A stretch of 64,000 nt of DNA from Thermococcus sp. (GTDB lineage: Archaea > Methanobacteriota_B > Thermococci > Thermococcales > Thermococcaceae): contig NZ_JALVUC010000019.1 of NCBI RefSeq assembly GCF_027023865.1, positions 236,586-300,585 of the forward strand. Reading direction: 5' to 3'. A program made the position numbers and the translations under genes. Each line of letters begins with the position of its first letter. Position 1 is the first letter of the stretch. The notes beneath the pieces were generated by a model. The model made no database searches. It was not told the DNA's origin and saw nothing but the letters and a program-made list of their open reading frames with translations. This document shows, piece after piece, positions 39,338-49,146 of the stretch.

Positions 39338-39889
39338 ATGGAGTTCTTTGAAGTTCTGAGAAAGAGACGGAGTGTGAGGCGCTTTCAGGACAGGCCCGTG
39401 CCGCGTGAACTCGTGGAAAAGCTGCTTGAGGCTGCCTTTCTCTCGCCGAGTTCCTTCAACAAGAGGCCCTGGCACTTCATCGTTGTGGACGATGGAGAGA
39501 AGCTCAAGGCCCTCTCGGAGGCCAAGCTGGGGGCTTCGGGTCTGGCCACCGCGCCGCTGGTGATCGTTGTGACCGCGGACGAAGGCCGGAGCGACGTCTG
39601 GGTAGAGGACGCCAGCATAGCGGCGGAGCACATACAGCTGGCTGCCTTTGACATCGGACTCTCGGCATTCTGGGTTCAGATAAGGAACAGAATGCACGAT
39701 GAAAGCAAAACCGCTGAGGATTACGTGAAGGAGCTTTTGGGAATTCCCGAAAACTACCGCGTGCTCTGCATAATCGGGGTTGGCTACCCAGCGGAGAAAA
39801 AGCCGCCCCGGGAAAACGTCACCGAGTGGGGGAAGGTGAGCCTCAACGGGTTTGGAAGGGAGTTCAGGAGGGGGGAGGATGAAGCTTAA
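39338..39889 (+). CDS. Nitroreductase family flavoprotein
   Basis: RRSVRRF, SPSSFNKRPWHF. Confidence 0.92.
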   Translation: MEFFEVLRKRRSVRRFQDRPVPRELVEKLLEAAFLSPSSFNKRPWHFIVVDDGEKLKALSEAKLGASGLATAPLVIVVTADEGRSDVWVEDASIAAEHIQLAAFDIGLSAFWVQIRNRMHDESKTAEDYVKELLGIPENYRVLCIIGVGYPAEKKPPRENVTEWGKVSLNGFGREFRRGEDEA

Positions 39890-40445
39890 GCTCCTGACGA
39901 TTTTTCTCCTCCTTCTGCTTCTCTCCCCTCTGGTGCTCGCGGATGAAGAGGAGAACGAGTATGAAGCGGGTTATGGAGGCCTTGCAGAGGCAGGGGTTGC
40001 GCTCATAGCCGTCGGTGTTACCTACTACGCCCTAACAAAGAGGAAGATGATGATAGTCCACAGAAAATCGGGTGAATGGGGCTTTGAGATAAAACCGGAG
40101 CAGCCCTATCTGACGGTTCTCGGGCCCATCACCCCCATGGAGATACACCACGCGCTTACAGTGGCCGGTTCGCTCCTTGCATTCGTCCACTTCGTCTCGT
40201 GCGGGGTATACAGCGGTGCCGCGGGCCTCAGCGGTCTCGGAATGGGCATCACCCTCGTGGTACTCAACGTGAGCGGCTTCATTGGGAGATACATCTATAG
40301 AAGGATTGCCAAGGCAGTTCGGAGGCACGAGAAGAAGACCGCTCTGCTCTTTGTTCGGGCCCTCAGCTACTGGAAGGCCATACACATCGCAACAACGCTG
40401 CTCTTCGTGCTCTTCCTTGTGATACACATCGCGGCGGTTGATTAG
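39879..40445 (+). CDS. Membrane protein with two TM His pairs (ferric-reductase/cytochrome b-like)
   Basis: IHHALTVAGSLLAFVH and IHIATTLLFVLFLVIH. Confidence 0.6.
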   Translation: MKLKLLTIFLLLLLLSPLVLADEEENEYEAGYGGLAEAGVALIAVGVTYYALTKRKMMIVHRKSGEWGFEIKPEQPYLTVLGPITPMEIHHALTVAGSLLAFVHFVSCGVYSGAAGLSGLGMGITLVVLNVSGFIGRYIYRRIAKAVRRHEKKTALLFVRALSYWKAIHIATTLLFVLFLVIHIAAVD

Positions 40446-40534
40446 CGGCCGGGGATTCGTCTATTGACGACAATTAACACGTCATTAACCGAAAAACTTT
40501 TAAGGGCGGCATTTAATTGTAATCGGTGAGCCGC

Positions 40535-40861
40535 ATGAAAGTTCTCGTGATAATCTCAAGCGGTGATGAGAGGGCACTGCCGGGCTTTATGTGGTCTGTC
40601 AACGCGCTAAAATACGGCTGGGTCGAAGACGTTGAGGTCATTCTCTTCGGCCCGGTAGAGGAAGCCATAGCAAGAGGGGACGAGCGCTTCGTCTCGTGGA
40701 TCGAAAAGCTCAGAGAGCTTGGAAAGCTGCCGGTTGCCTGCAAAAGAATAGCTGAGGAGGAGAGCTTTGAAGTCTCGCTCCAGAGGTATGCAAGGGTCGA
40801 GTATGTCGGGAGGATAATAGCCGACAGGCTCAAAGAGGGCTACGTTCCGATGACATTCTGA
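40535..40861 (+). CDS. DsrE-family protein
   Basis: VEVILFGP...PVAC pattern. Confidence 0.75.
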   Translation: MKVLVIISSGDERALPGFMWSVNALKYGWVEDVEVILFGPVEEAIARGDERFVSWIEKLRELGKLPVACKRIAEEESFEVSLQRYARVEYVGRIIADRLKEGYVPMTF

Positions 40862-40921
40862 TGAAAAAAGCTTCAAAAAAGGCTTTTAACCGCCCTTTCA
40901 ATCTTTTTTCAGGTGAACCCT

Positions 40922-42192
40922 GTGAAAAAGGCACTCCTGATTCTCTTCATTCTTGCGTTCTTCTCCGGTGTGGCCACCGCCGCAGAGGTGAGCTACGGAA
41001 ATCTGTCATTTCACGATGTTTCAAGCGAGAACGGGCTCAATGCTCTGATTAAGTCCCACGAGGGAGCTTACTTCTTCATTTTCTATCACTCCGAGAGCTG
41101 TCCCGCCTGTCAGTACATGAAAGAAAGCGTCTTTCCCACCCAAACGGCAGAAAAAGCTCTCAACGGTCTCGTTCTGGTGGCGGTTGATGTCTACAGAGGC
41201 AGGGGGATAACAACGCTCCGCTATAGGGTTGATGGCCCAGTCATAGTCATCCAGCCGGGTAACAGCGGTTATTATACGCCGAAAAAGGCCGGTGAGGAGA
41301 TAAGCGTCGGCGTTCCCGGCACGCCAACAATGGTCATCTTCAAGGCCGAGAAGGGAACTATGGTGCTGAAGGGAGTTGCGGTTGGTGCCCTCAACCCGGA
41401 TGGGCTGGCGTTCTTCGTTGAAAAGGCGGTTGGGAACAGCAGAATAAGCAGCACAAAGACAGCCAGACCTGAGAGGGCACAGAGGACAGGTGGCCTCAGC
41501 CTCGCAGTTCTCCTCCCGATATTCTCAGCCGGTATCGTTAGCGTCTTCTCGCCCTGCGTCCTCCCGGTTATAGTTGGTGCCCTTTCCCTAACATTTGCAA
41601 GGAGAAAGGTTGAGGTAGTAATAGCCGGAATGGTGGCTTCCTTCGCCCTTCTCGGTGCCCTCGTCGGGAGCCTTGGGAACTACGCCTCGGGAATACAGGG
41701 AGCCCTCTACCTGATTGGAGGGGCTGGCTTCATAGCCATAGGCGCGAGTTTCGTGAGCGAGCGCGTCAGTGCGAGACTTGAAAGGCTCCTCAGCTTTTCC
41801 CCCGCCGAGAGGGTTTCCTCCAAAAGAGGCCTCGCCTACGACTTCGCCCTCGGCTCCGCATTGGGAGCGACGTGGCTGGGCTGTATAGCCCCGTACGTGG
41901 GATTCGCCGTTATAACCGCCGCCCTGACCGGGGAGACCCTCAAGGGAGTAATCGTTATGGGCACCTACAGCCTCGGGATGGGCCTCACCGTCTACCTCAT
42001 CACGATGTCGAAGGACCTGGCGGGTGGATAAACAGGAAACTGCTCTCTCGCGGGGTCTCGCTTGGCGGGAAAAGCTCCAGGTGGGAGCTCATCCTGGGGG
42101 CTGTCATGATAGTGCTCGGCCTGCTGATGCTCACCGAGGTGACCCCACTCAAACTCTGGAGCAGGCTCTTCGAATCACTCTCACAGCTTTGA
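40922..42192 (+). pseudogene. Thioredoxin-fold + CcdA/DsbD transmembrane fusion, 1-nt frameshift near 42024
   Basis: CPAC thioredoxin motif; FSPCVLP and WLGC TM cysteines; final helices in another frame. Confidence 0.85.
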
Positions 42193-42204
42193 GGAGGTGT
42201 TTAG

Positions 42205-42714
42205 ATGTTCGGGTACAGGAGAAAGCTTGATATGGGCCTCAAGGAGGCCGAGGAGAAGTTTAAGGCAAAGCTTGAGGAGAGAGCCTACAGGGTCGTGATG
42301 GAATTCACGCCGAGCGACGTCGTTAAGGCCAAGCTCGGCGTTGAGATGGAGCCCTACAGGCTGCTCTACGTCTGCAACCCGAAGAAGTTCTACGACATGA
42401 CCAAGGTCGAGTACGAGATCGGCTCCTTCGCCCCGTGCCCGATGCTCCTTTACGAGAAGGACGGCGAAGTATACATCGCGATAAACACGGCCGAGGACAT
42501 TGTTGACGTTATCAGGGACGCGCTCGAGGATGTCAAAGCGGCCATTGAGGAGCCTTCATGGTCCTTTCCTTTTATTCTTGCCCCCCTCATAAAAAGGCAA
42601 ACAAAAGAGAAAGGCTCAGGTAACCCTTTCCAGCCCGTCCTTCCTTATTATGTAGGTATCCTCGTGCTTTATCGCCCCCTCAGGAATCATCAATGGGGGG
42701 TGGATGATGCTTAA
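42205..42714 (+). CDS. DUF302 family protein; natural stop apparently lost near 42555
   Basis: YRLLYVCNP, GSFAPC; the ORF tail crosses a T-rich tract into the convergent gene. Confidence 0.7.
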   Translation: MFGYRRKLDMGLKEAEEKFKAKLEERAYRVVMEFTPSDVVKAKLGVEMEPYRLLYVCNPKKFYDMTKVEYEIGSFAPCPMLLYEKDGEVYIAINTAEDIVDVIRDALEDVKAAIEEPSWSFPFILAPLIKRQTKEKGSGNPFQPVLPYYVGILVLYRPLRNHQWGVDDA

Positions 42715-43692
42715 CACCATATTCTCCTGAACCTTTTCAGCCCTCGTCTGCACTATTATCGTCGGCATAGGCGGTTCCTCAACGAGTAACCCAACTCCAT
42801 GGGTATACCCGGTGAGGTAGGCGTCACCAAAGCCTTTCTCCTTGAAGAAGTCGGCGAGCTTCTTCTCGACTGTGCTCAGAGTTGCCCCGACCTTCGTCTC
42901 CTCCAGGGCGAGCTTCAGGGCTTCCTCCTTAACCTCTAGTGCCTTTTTAACCCTCTCCCCCGGGTCTCCGACCACGAAGGTCCTGGCTGTATTGGAGTAG
43001 TAGTGGTTCCAGTCCGTCCCTATGACTACCGTTACAACGCCGTTCTCCTTAACCTTAAGATCCCTAAACGGCTCTGCATGAGCCCTGGGTGTGGTTGAGA
43101 CGTAGACCTTTGGATCCTCGCTCCCGTTGAGCATTAACTCCCTGACGACTTCAGCCGCTATCTCCAGTTCGCTCTTCCCCGGCGCTATTGTTTCTTCCGC
43201 GACCTTCATGCCCCTTTGAGCTATCTTTCCAGCCTTCCTGATGTTCTCAAGCTCCCAGCCGTCCTTTATCATCCTCAGACTCATGGTGAGGTTTAGGACG
43301 TCAACAACCTCCACAACGGGGTTTAACTTCTTGAAGAGATTGAGGAAGAAGGTATAGGCATCTCTCTCGACGCTGAACTCGTGGCCAACCCTCGTAAAGC
43401 CGTTCGTGGCTACCCACGTCACGATTCCGGCCATTAAATCTTCGGCGCGTTGGTATTCCTCTACGTTCTCTACCCAGCTTTTCTCCCTGAAAAGCTCTGC
43501 CTCGCCCTTGACGACGTAGACAGTCGGCTCGCCCTCTGCTGGGATGAGAAGGCTTGGGCGGAGCCATTTCGTCCCCGTAAAGTAGATGAAAGTGGAGAGG
43601 GTTCTTATAACTGCCCCGTCTATGTCGTTCTCCCTGAGGAGTTCCTGGAAGCGTTCAACCCTTTTCCTGAATATCTCCTCTTTTCCCCTCAT
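42616..43692 (-). CDS. M24 (Xaa-Pro) aminopeptidase family
   Basis: ARTF, HGVGL..EE.P, HP, KHEDT. Confidence 0.9.
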   Translation of the reverse strand: MRGKEEIFRKRVERFQELLRENDIDGAVIRTLSTFIYFTGTKWLRPSLLIPAEGEPTVYVVKGEAELFREKSWVENVEEYQRAEDLMAGIVTWVATNGFTRVGHEFSVERDAYTFFLNLFKKLNPVVEVVDVLNLTMSLRMIKDGWELENIRKAGKIAQRGMKVAEETIAPGKSELEIAAEVVRELMLNGSEDPKVYVSTTPRAHAEPFRDLKVKENGVVTVVIGTDWNHYYSNTARTFVVGDPGERVKKALEVKEEALKLALEETKVGATLSTVEKKLADFFKEKGFGDAYLTGYTHGVGLLVEEPPMPTIIVQTRAEKVQENMVLSIIHPPLMIPEGAIKHEDTYIIRKDGLERVT

Positions 43693-45035
43693 TCCAATTC
43701 CTCCCAGTCTATCAGTCTCTTTTCACCCTCTATCTTTTTATACGGTGCGATGTCCATCGTCATCTCAAGTGTCCCGATGTATTCGCCCCTCTCATTGAAG
43801 AGAGGAACATATTTGATGTAGACGTACTTCTTCCCGAGATGGAGCCAGAAAGTGGCTTCCTTCTTCCTGCCCTCCTTAAAGGCCTGGAGTATCTTGTTCA
43901 CAATGTAAACACTCTTCGGTGGGTGGCAGAGCTGGACCGGTCTTCCAAGGACTGAGAGCGTTCTGTCGAATATCCTCTCTCCCGGCGAGAAGAACCTCAC
44001 GCGGTCGTCCTTGTCTATAAAGGTAACGTCCATCGGCAGGGCCTCGAAGATGATCTTAAGCTCCTCGACATTAACGTAGCCTGTCCCGAGGTCTATGTCG
44101 CCATCGCGCTTGAGTTCCGTTTTATCAAACTCAAGAGGCTGACCTTTGAGGGCTTCCTGAACTTCCTTCGGGAGGCTCAGTAGCTGTTCTACGCTCAGCT
44201 CCGGGTTGATCTCCCATGGGTGGAGCGGTTTAACATCCTCACCGGGATCCCAAGCTGGCGGATCCACCTTATAGTAACCCATCTCGTCCTCCTGCATTCT
44301 AATGGCCTTCCACTCGCCGTCGCTTAGCAGGGCCTTGAGTGTTGGGTAGTATATGTTGTTCTCCCTAAAAACCATATCGTTGAGGGCGAAGGATGCCTCG
44401 CCGGCTTTGTCCTTGAAGAGCTTAACGAACTCCTCCCAAGGCATTTCGTTCCTCTTCCTCAGGAGTTCGGCAAGGTACTTTATCATAAATCTTACCTCGT
44501 CGTGCTTCGTCCAGAGAACGGTGGCCACCGCTGTAATACCCCTCCGTTCAATATATGGAAATGTCAGCATCTCCTCTCGGTTGTAGTGGGTGAAGCCGAC
44601 TTTTCTGAGGTTGTTGACTATCTCCTCCAGGACACCCAGGATTTCTTCCCTCATGCGCTCGTCATTGGTAGTTGTCAGTGTTCTCGCGTATAGGCTGAGC
44701 ATTTCGGAGTCCTTCATTATCTCCTTGTTCTCGAGATAGAGGGTCTTGAGTGGGTGGCCGTCCGGCAAATCCCTCTCCTCAAGTTCATCGGTTCCTTTAA
44801 CTGCCTCCCGGAAAAGCTCAACGTGAATGTCGCACATCTTGGCTATGTCCTTTGCTGAAATCCCCTCTTGGACGAGCTCTTGTTCTATAATAGGTATTTC
44901 TAGAGGTGAGATGTTGCTTAGTAACCTTTTGAACTCCTCTTTGAGCTTTTCAACGCTCTCCCCCTCGTGAATCCTCAGTAGGATTTTTTTCAGTTGCTCC
45001 TTTTTATACTCCCTGTTGTTGAGTAATTCAGTCAT
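43689..45035 (-). CDS. DUF438 + hemerythrin-like + PAS domain protein
   Basis: GHPL, HYNREE..FP, H, REN.I.YP; PAS with CHPP. Confidence 0.85.
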   Translation of the reverse strand: MTELLNNREYKKEQLKKILLRIHEGESVEKLKEEFKRLLSNISPLEIPIIEQELVQEGISAKDIAKMCDIHVELFREAVKGTDELEERDLPDGHPLKTLYLENKEIMKDSEMLSLYARTLTTTNDERMREEILGVLEEIVNNLRKVGFTHYNREEMLTFPYIERRGITAVATVLWTKHDEVRFMIKYLAELLRKRNEMPWEEFVKLFKDKAGEASFALNDMVFRENNIYYPTLKALLSDGEWKAIRMQEDEMGYYKVDPPAWDPGEDVKPLHPWEINPELSVEQLLSLPKEVQEALKGQPLEFDKTELKRDGDIDLGTGYVNVEELKIIFEALPMDVTFIDKDDRVRFFSPGERIFDRTLSVLGRPVQLCHPPKSVYIVNKILQAFKEGRKKEATFWLHLGKKYVYIKYVPLFNERGEYIGTLEMTMDIAPYKKIEGEKRLIDWEELE

Positions 45036-45037
45036 CC

Positions 45038-46213
45038 TCACCCCTCCTTAACCTTTTTTATAAGGAGATCCGTCAGCCTGAGGAACTCGTTATAATCTCC
45101 AGCGCTGGGTCTTGCGTGGATGTCCAGGGTACCTATGAGTTCGAAGTTTAATCCTTTTAACATTTCTAAAAGGGCATCATTACTCTTTCCATACCATCCA
45201 TGGGAGCCGATCAACAATGCGTATTTAGCTGGTGGTCTAAGTGCTTTTACAAGATACGCCGCATAAACAGCTAGTGGATGGGCCCCTGCAAGGACGGTGG
45301 GTGCGGCAAGTACTATTGCCCTGGAATCCACAAGGTCTTTGGCGATATCGCCAATATCAGAACTCACAAGATCATAAACCTCAACCTCTATTCCCTCGGC
45401 GATTAAACGATCTGCAAGCTTCCTTGCAATCTCCTCATTGGTCCCATACATACTCACATACACTATGAGCACCTTCTCCTGCGTTTCGCCACGACTCCAT
45501 TTCTTGTGGGCATCTATTATCCTCTGTGGGTTCCGATATATTGGACCGTGGCTTGGAGCGATCATATCTACATCAAGCCCCTCAATCTTTTGAAGTGCCT
45601 TTCTCACCATGGATGAGAACGGCATCATTATCTCACCGAAGTACCGCTGGGCATGGACCATAATATCGGGTACTTCATCATCATAGAGTCCATCCGCGAT
45701 GTGAGCCCCAAAGAAGTCGCAAGTGAATAGTATCTTGTCTTCTAAGAGATAGGTGAACATCGTCTCAGGCCAATGCAACCAAGGAGCTTCTATAAACCTT
45801 AGTGTCTTTCCACCGAGGGAAACTTCGTCGCCTTCTCTAACAATGATTAACCTTTCATCAGGGAGGTCATAGTATGCCTTTGCAATTTCAGCCCCTTTCT
45901 TCGTTGTAACCACCGACACCTTCGTGTTTTGCTTCAAGATATAAGGGATAGCACCTGAATGATCAGGTTCTGCATGATTCATGATTATGTAATCTATATC
46001 CCCTAAATCAAGGACCTCATTTACTTTTTCTCCCAAGTTACCCTCAAAATCCTTATATACAGTGTCTATGAGGGCAGTTTTCTCATCTCCAACTATTAGA
46101 TAGGAGTTATAGGATGTCCCTCTAGGTAGGGAGATAAGGGCATCAAAAACCCTCCTGTTCCAATCTTTAGCGCCCACCCAATAAACCTTTGGGGATATCT
46201 CGACGGCTTTCAT
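45038..46213 (-). CDS. fprA: Flavodiiron protein (O2/NO reductase)
   Basis: GTSYNSY, HAEPDHSG, HWPE, CDFFGAH, PSHG, flavodoxin YVSMYG. Confidence 0.95.
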   Translation of the reverse strand: MKAVEISPKVYWVGAKDWNRRVFDALISLPRGTSYNSYLIVGDEKTALIDTVYKDFEGNLGEKVNEVLDLGDIDYIIMNHAEPDHSGAIPYILKQNTKVSVVTTKKGAEIAKAYYDLPDERLIIVREGDEVSLGGKTLRFIEAPWLHWPETMFTYLLEDKILFTCDFFGAHIADGLYDDEVPDIMVHAQRYFGEIMMPFSSMVRKALQKIEGLDVDMIAPSHGPIYRNPQRIIDAHKKWSRGETQEKVLIVYVSMYGTNEEIARKLADRLIAEGIEVEVYDLVSSDIGDIAKDLVDSRAIVLAAPTVLAGAHPLAVYAAYLVKALRPPAKYALLIGSHGWYGKSNDALLEMLKGLNFELIGTLDIHARPSAGDYNEFLRLTDLLIKKVKEG

Positions 46214-46225
46214 GTTATCATCTCC

Positions 46226-46239
46226 ATGACGAGTGTCAT
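46226..46239. promoter_or_regulatory. Operator palindrome ATGAC-GAGT-GTCAT (fprA promoter)
   Basis: Between TATA and RBS; same motif at 46289, 46802 and 55894. Confidence 0.7.
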
Positions 46240-46288
46240 ATACACATCTTATAAGTATTGCTGGTCATATTTGCTCAATAAAGTTTAT

Positions 46289-46302
46289 ATGCCGTACGTC
46301 AT
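46289..46302. promoter_or_regulatory. Operator palindrome ATGCC-GTAC-GTCAT (tusA-like gene promoter)
   Basis: Abuts TTTATA; one mismatch to the consensus. Confidence 0.6.
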
Positions 46303-46323
46303 ACCATAGATCGGTGGTGCAAA

Positions 46324-46800
46324 ATGATGCTCGATGTTAGGGGACTAAAGGCCCCACAACCCGCTGTTATGATAGTCGAGTCCCTCGGAAAGCTGAAAAC
46401 CGGAGATACACTTGAGGTGCTCGGTGATAAGCCCTTCGTTGATATGATACCGAAGCTTGAAGAAGCTGGTTACTCCATTGATATCAAGGAGATTGGCAAT
46501 TTCTTCGTGCTCAGGGTTACAAAAACTGAAAACTCGAAGGAGCTTAATGTGGAGGTCAAGGAGTGTGATGATGAACTTGATGAGATAACTGAGGAAACAA
46601 ACGTGGCCCAGCTATTGAAGGTCTATCCTGAATCCCTCAAGATCCTCGTAAAGTACGGTTTTTCGCCGCTTGAGAACCCCGAAATGAGAAAAACTTTAGC
46701 TAAGACAATAACCCTGGAAGGGGCCAAGAGACTCCTCGGGATGAGCGATGACAAATTCAAAGAGATGATGGCGGAGCTTAAGGCCCTTGAAAAACCTTAA
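46324..46800 (+). CDS. TusA/SirA-like domain + DUF1858-like domain protein
   Basis: LDVRGL..P.P (Cys of the CPxP motif absent); C-terminal QLLKVYPESLKILVKYGF. Confidence 0.7.
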   Translation: MMLDVRGLKAPQPAVMIVESLGKLKTGDTLEVLGDKPFVDMIPKLEEAGYSIDIKEIGNFFVLRVTKTENSKELNVEVKECDDELDEITEETNVAQLLKVYPESLKILVKYGFSPLENPEMRKTLAKTITLEGAKRLLGMSDDKFKEMMAELKALEKP

Positions 46801-46826
46801 ATATTCCACCCGTCATAATTGGAACC

Positions 46827-47237
46827 ATGAAGACCAACGCCTTTGAGGTGGCCTCGCGCTACGTCTACCCTTCACTCAGACGAAGGCTCGTTGAGCATCT
46901 CCGGGGGAGGGGTTTAAAACAGACTGAGATAGCGAAGCTACTCCACATAACTCAGTCCGCGGTTTCCCGTTATCTTAAGGAAGAACGCGGGAAGACGATA
47001 GATGTTTCTGCTTTTCCTGACATTGACAGAAAACTGGAAACGCTTGCCGAGAGGATAATCGCAGAGAGGCCCAGTGAGTACGAGATACACACCGAGCTCG
47101 TGAAACTCTCCCTTGAATTCCTTGGCAAAGGTTACGGATGCTCTTTTCATGCGGAGATTGATCCTGAAATAGATCCAAAAAAGTGTGGAGTCTGCCTTGA
47201 ACTTTTTGGAGAATCTCAATCGAACAACCGCTTGTAG
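46827..47237 (+). CDS. HTH transcriptional regulator (COG2522-like) with C-terminal Cys/His motif
   Basis: [19 protein letters not shown]; CSFH...CGVC. Confidence 0.8.
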   Translation: MKTNAFEVASRYVYPSLRRRLVEHLRGRGLKQTEIAKLLHITQSAVSRYLKEERGKTIDVSAFPDIDRKLETLAERIIAERPSEYEIHTELVKLSLEFLGKGYGCSFHAEIDPEIDPKKCGVCLELFGESQSNNRL

Positions 47238-48214
47238 GCGATGTAACCGTATCTTCTAAGTCCATCTCTCGGAATGAACCTCAGCGACGCGGAGTTTATG
47301 CAGTAGCGCTTTCCGGTTGGTGTTGGCTCGTTAAAGACGTGGCCTAAGTGGGAATCTGCGAATCTGCTCCTCACTTCCCTTCCGCATAGAAAGCCCTTGC
47401 ACTCATCAGCCTCGATAACTGCCCATTCTTCAAGCGGTTTGGTAAAGCTCGGCCAGCCCCTCCCCGAATCGTACTTATCGAGCGAGCTGAAGAGCGGCTC
47501 CCCCGAAACGATATCCACATAAATACCGTCCTCATAATTATCCCAGTACCCGTTCCTGAAAGGTGATTCAGTGTCGCCAAGCTGGGTCACTCGATACTGG
47601 AGTGGCGTTAAGAGGCTTTTAAGTTCCGAATCATCCGGCTTAACATAACCCAGCCAGTAGCGCTCCCTCTCCGGGAAGATTCTGAAGTAACGGTTCTTCT
47701 CCCAGGCCTCTTTGATGAAGTCAAGCCTTCCAGAATAGCGCTTGTAGTGTTTGTAGTTTGTCTCAAAGCGGAGGTAATAACTCTGGTGGTAGTCCTCGGC
47801 GGGATAGAACTCACTTGCAGGTAGAATCTCCGTGACTATCTGCCCTTTAAAGATTCCCGAGAGTTCAAGCCTCCGCCTGGACTCTTCCGCCAACTTCTTC
47901 TGTTCCTCATTGAAGTAGAATATTGCCGTCCTGTACTGCTCTCCCCTATCGGCGAACTGCCCTCCAGAGTCGGTGGGATCGATGTTCTTCCAGAAGACCT
48001 CCAAAAGACGTTCATAGGAAATCTTCTCTGGGTCGTAGATCACCTTAACTGCCTCGCGGTGACCGGTCTCACCCGTGGAGACCAGCTCGTAAGTTGGGTT
48101 CTCAAGTTGGCCACCGGTGTAGCCCGAGACCGCTTCAATGACCCCGGGCAGTCTCTCAAAGGCCTCCTCCATGCACCAGAAGCAGCCACCGGCGAATATG
48201 ACAACCTCCTTCAT
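47216..48214 (-). CDS. msrAB: Bifunctional methionine sulfoxide reductase A/B
   Basis: GCFWC, GHREAV, YHQ.Y; [14 protein letters not shown]. Confidence 0.96.
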   Translation of the reverse strand: MKEVVIFAGGCFWCMEEAFERLPGVIEAVSGYTGGQLENPTYELVSTGETGHREAVKVIYDPEKISYERLLEVFWKNIDPTDSGGQFADRGEQYRTAIFYFNEEQKKLAEESRRRLELSGIFKGQIVTEILPASEFYPAEDYHQSYYLRFETNYKHYKRYSGRLDFIKEAWEKNRYFRIFPERERYWLGYVKPDDSELKSLLTPLQYRVTQLGDTESPFRNGYWDNYEDGIYVDIVSGEPLFSSLDKYDSGRGWPSFTKPLEEWAVIEADECKGFLCGREVRSRFADSHLGHVFNEPTPTGKRYCINSASLRFIPRDGLRRYGYIAYKRLFD

Positions 48215-48378
48215 TTACAACACCGTATAAAACCCAAAGCGGGAAGTGATTAATCTTTAGGTTCGGAGTGATAATCCCTGGAAGGTGATGGGGCCAATGG
48301 AGACACCCCAAGGTTTAGAAAACCATATATACCGGGTAGGCTCAATTCATGTCGCAGTACACTCTTTGGTGGTTGGAG

Positions 48379-48894
48379 ATGGCCGTTAAGAGGAAAATGA
48401 CCCGGAAGTTTCTTGAAGATGCTTTTGCGGGCGAAAGCATGGCCCACATGAGGTACCTGATCTTTGCCGAGCAGGCGGAGAGGGAAGGCTTTCCGAAAAT
48501 AGCGAAGCTCTTCAGAGCCATTGCGTATGCCGAGTTCGTCCATGCGAAGAACCACTTCATAGCCCTTGGGAACCCTGGCAAGACTCATGAGAACCTCCAA
48601 GCGGGAATTGACGGTGAGACCTACGAGGTCGAGGAGATGTATCCGGTCTTCAAGAACGTCGCCGAGTTCCAGGGGGAGAAGGAAGCCGTCAGGACGACAT
48701 ATTATGCCCTTGAGGCCGAGAAGATACACGCCGAGCTCTACGCGGAGGCCAAGGAGAAGGCTGAGGAGGGCGAAGACATTGAGATAAAGAAGGTCTACAT
48801 CTGTCCGGTCTGCGGTTACACTGCGGTGGATGAGGTCCCCGACCGCTGCCCGATATGCGGAACGCCAGGGGAGGAGTTTATAGTCTTTGAATGA
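48379..48894 (+). CDS. rbr: Rubrerythrin
   Basis: AFAGES.A, E..HA, C-terminal CPVCGY...CPICG. Confidence 0.95.
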   Translation: MAVKRKMTRKFLEDAFAGESMAHMRYLIFAEQAEREGFPKIAKLFRAIAYAEFVHAKNHFIALGNPGKTHENLQAGIDGETYEVEEMYPVFKNVAEFQGEKEAVRTTYYALEAEKIHAELYAEAKEKAEEGEDIEIKKVYICPVCGYTAVDEVPDRCPICGTPGEEFIVFE

Positions 48895-48974
48895 TTCTTT
48901 TGTTTTTCCACTTCACAGGTTTGAACCACAAACCTTATAAGGACGACTTAATAACACCAAGTAGGTGAAAGAAA

Positions 48975-49136
48975 ATGGCAAAGTGGAAGTGCATAGTCTG
49001 TGGGTATGTCTATGATGAAGACGAGGGTGACCCCAACAGCGGGATGGAACCCGGCACCAAGTTTGAAGACCTGCCCGAGGACTGGGTCTGCCCGCTCTGT
49101 GGCGCTCCTAAGGACATGTTTGAAAGGATAGAGTGA
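48975..49136 (+). CDS. rub: Rubredoxin (53 aa, missing from the ORF track)
   Basis: [20 protein letters not shown]...[14 protein letters not shown]. Confidence 0.97.
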   Translation: MAKWKCIVCGYVYDEDEGDPNSGMEPGTKFEDLPEDWVCPLCGAPKDMFERIE

Positions 49137-49146
49137 GGTGGTTGAG

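Noticed and set aside
39203-39697. 165-aa N-terminal extension of the ThiF/MoeB ORF
   Set aside because: Overlaps the nitroreductase antisense; a good RBS supports a start at 39202.
40470-40486. Additional copy of the TATGAC-N4-GTCATA box before the DsrE gene
   Set aside because: Only a GTCAT half-site; the left arm does not match.
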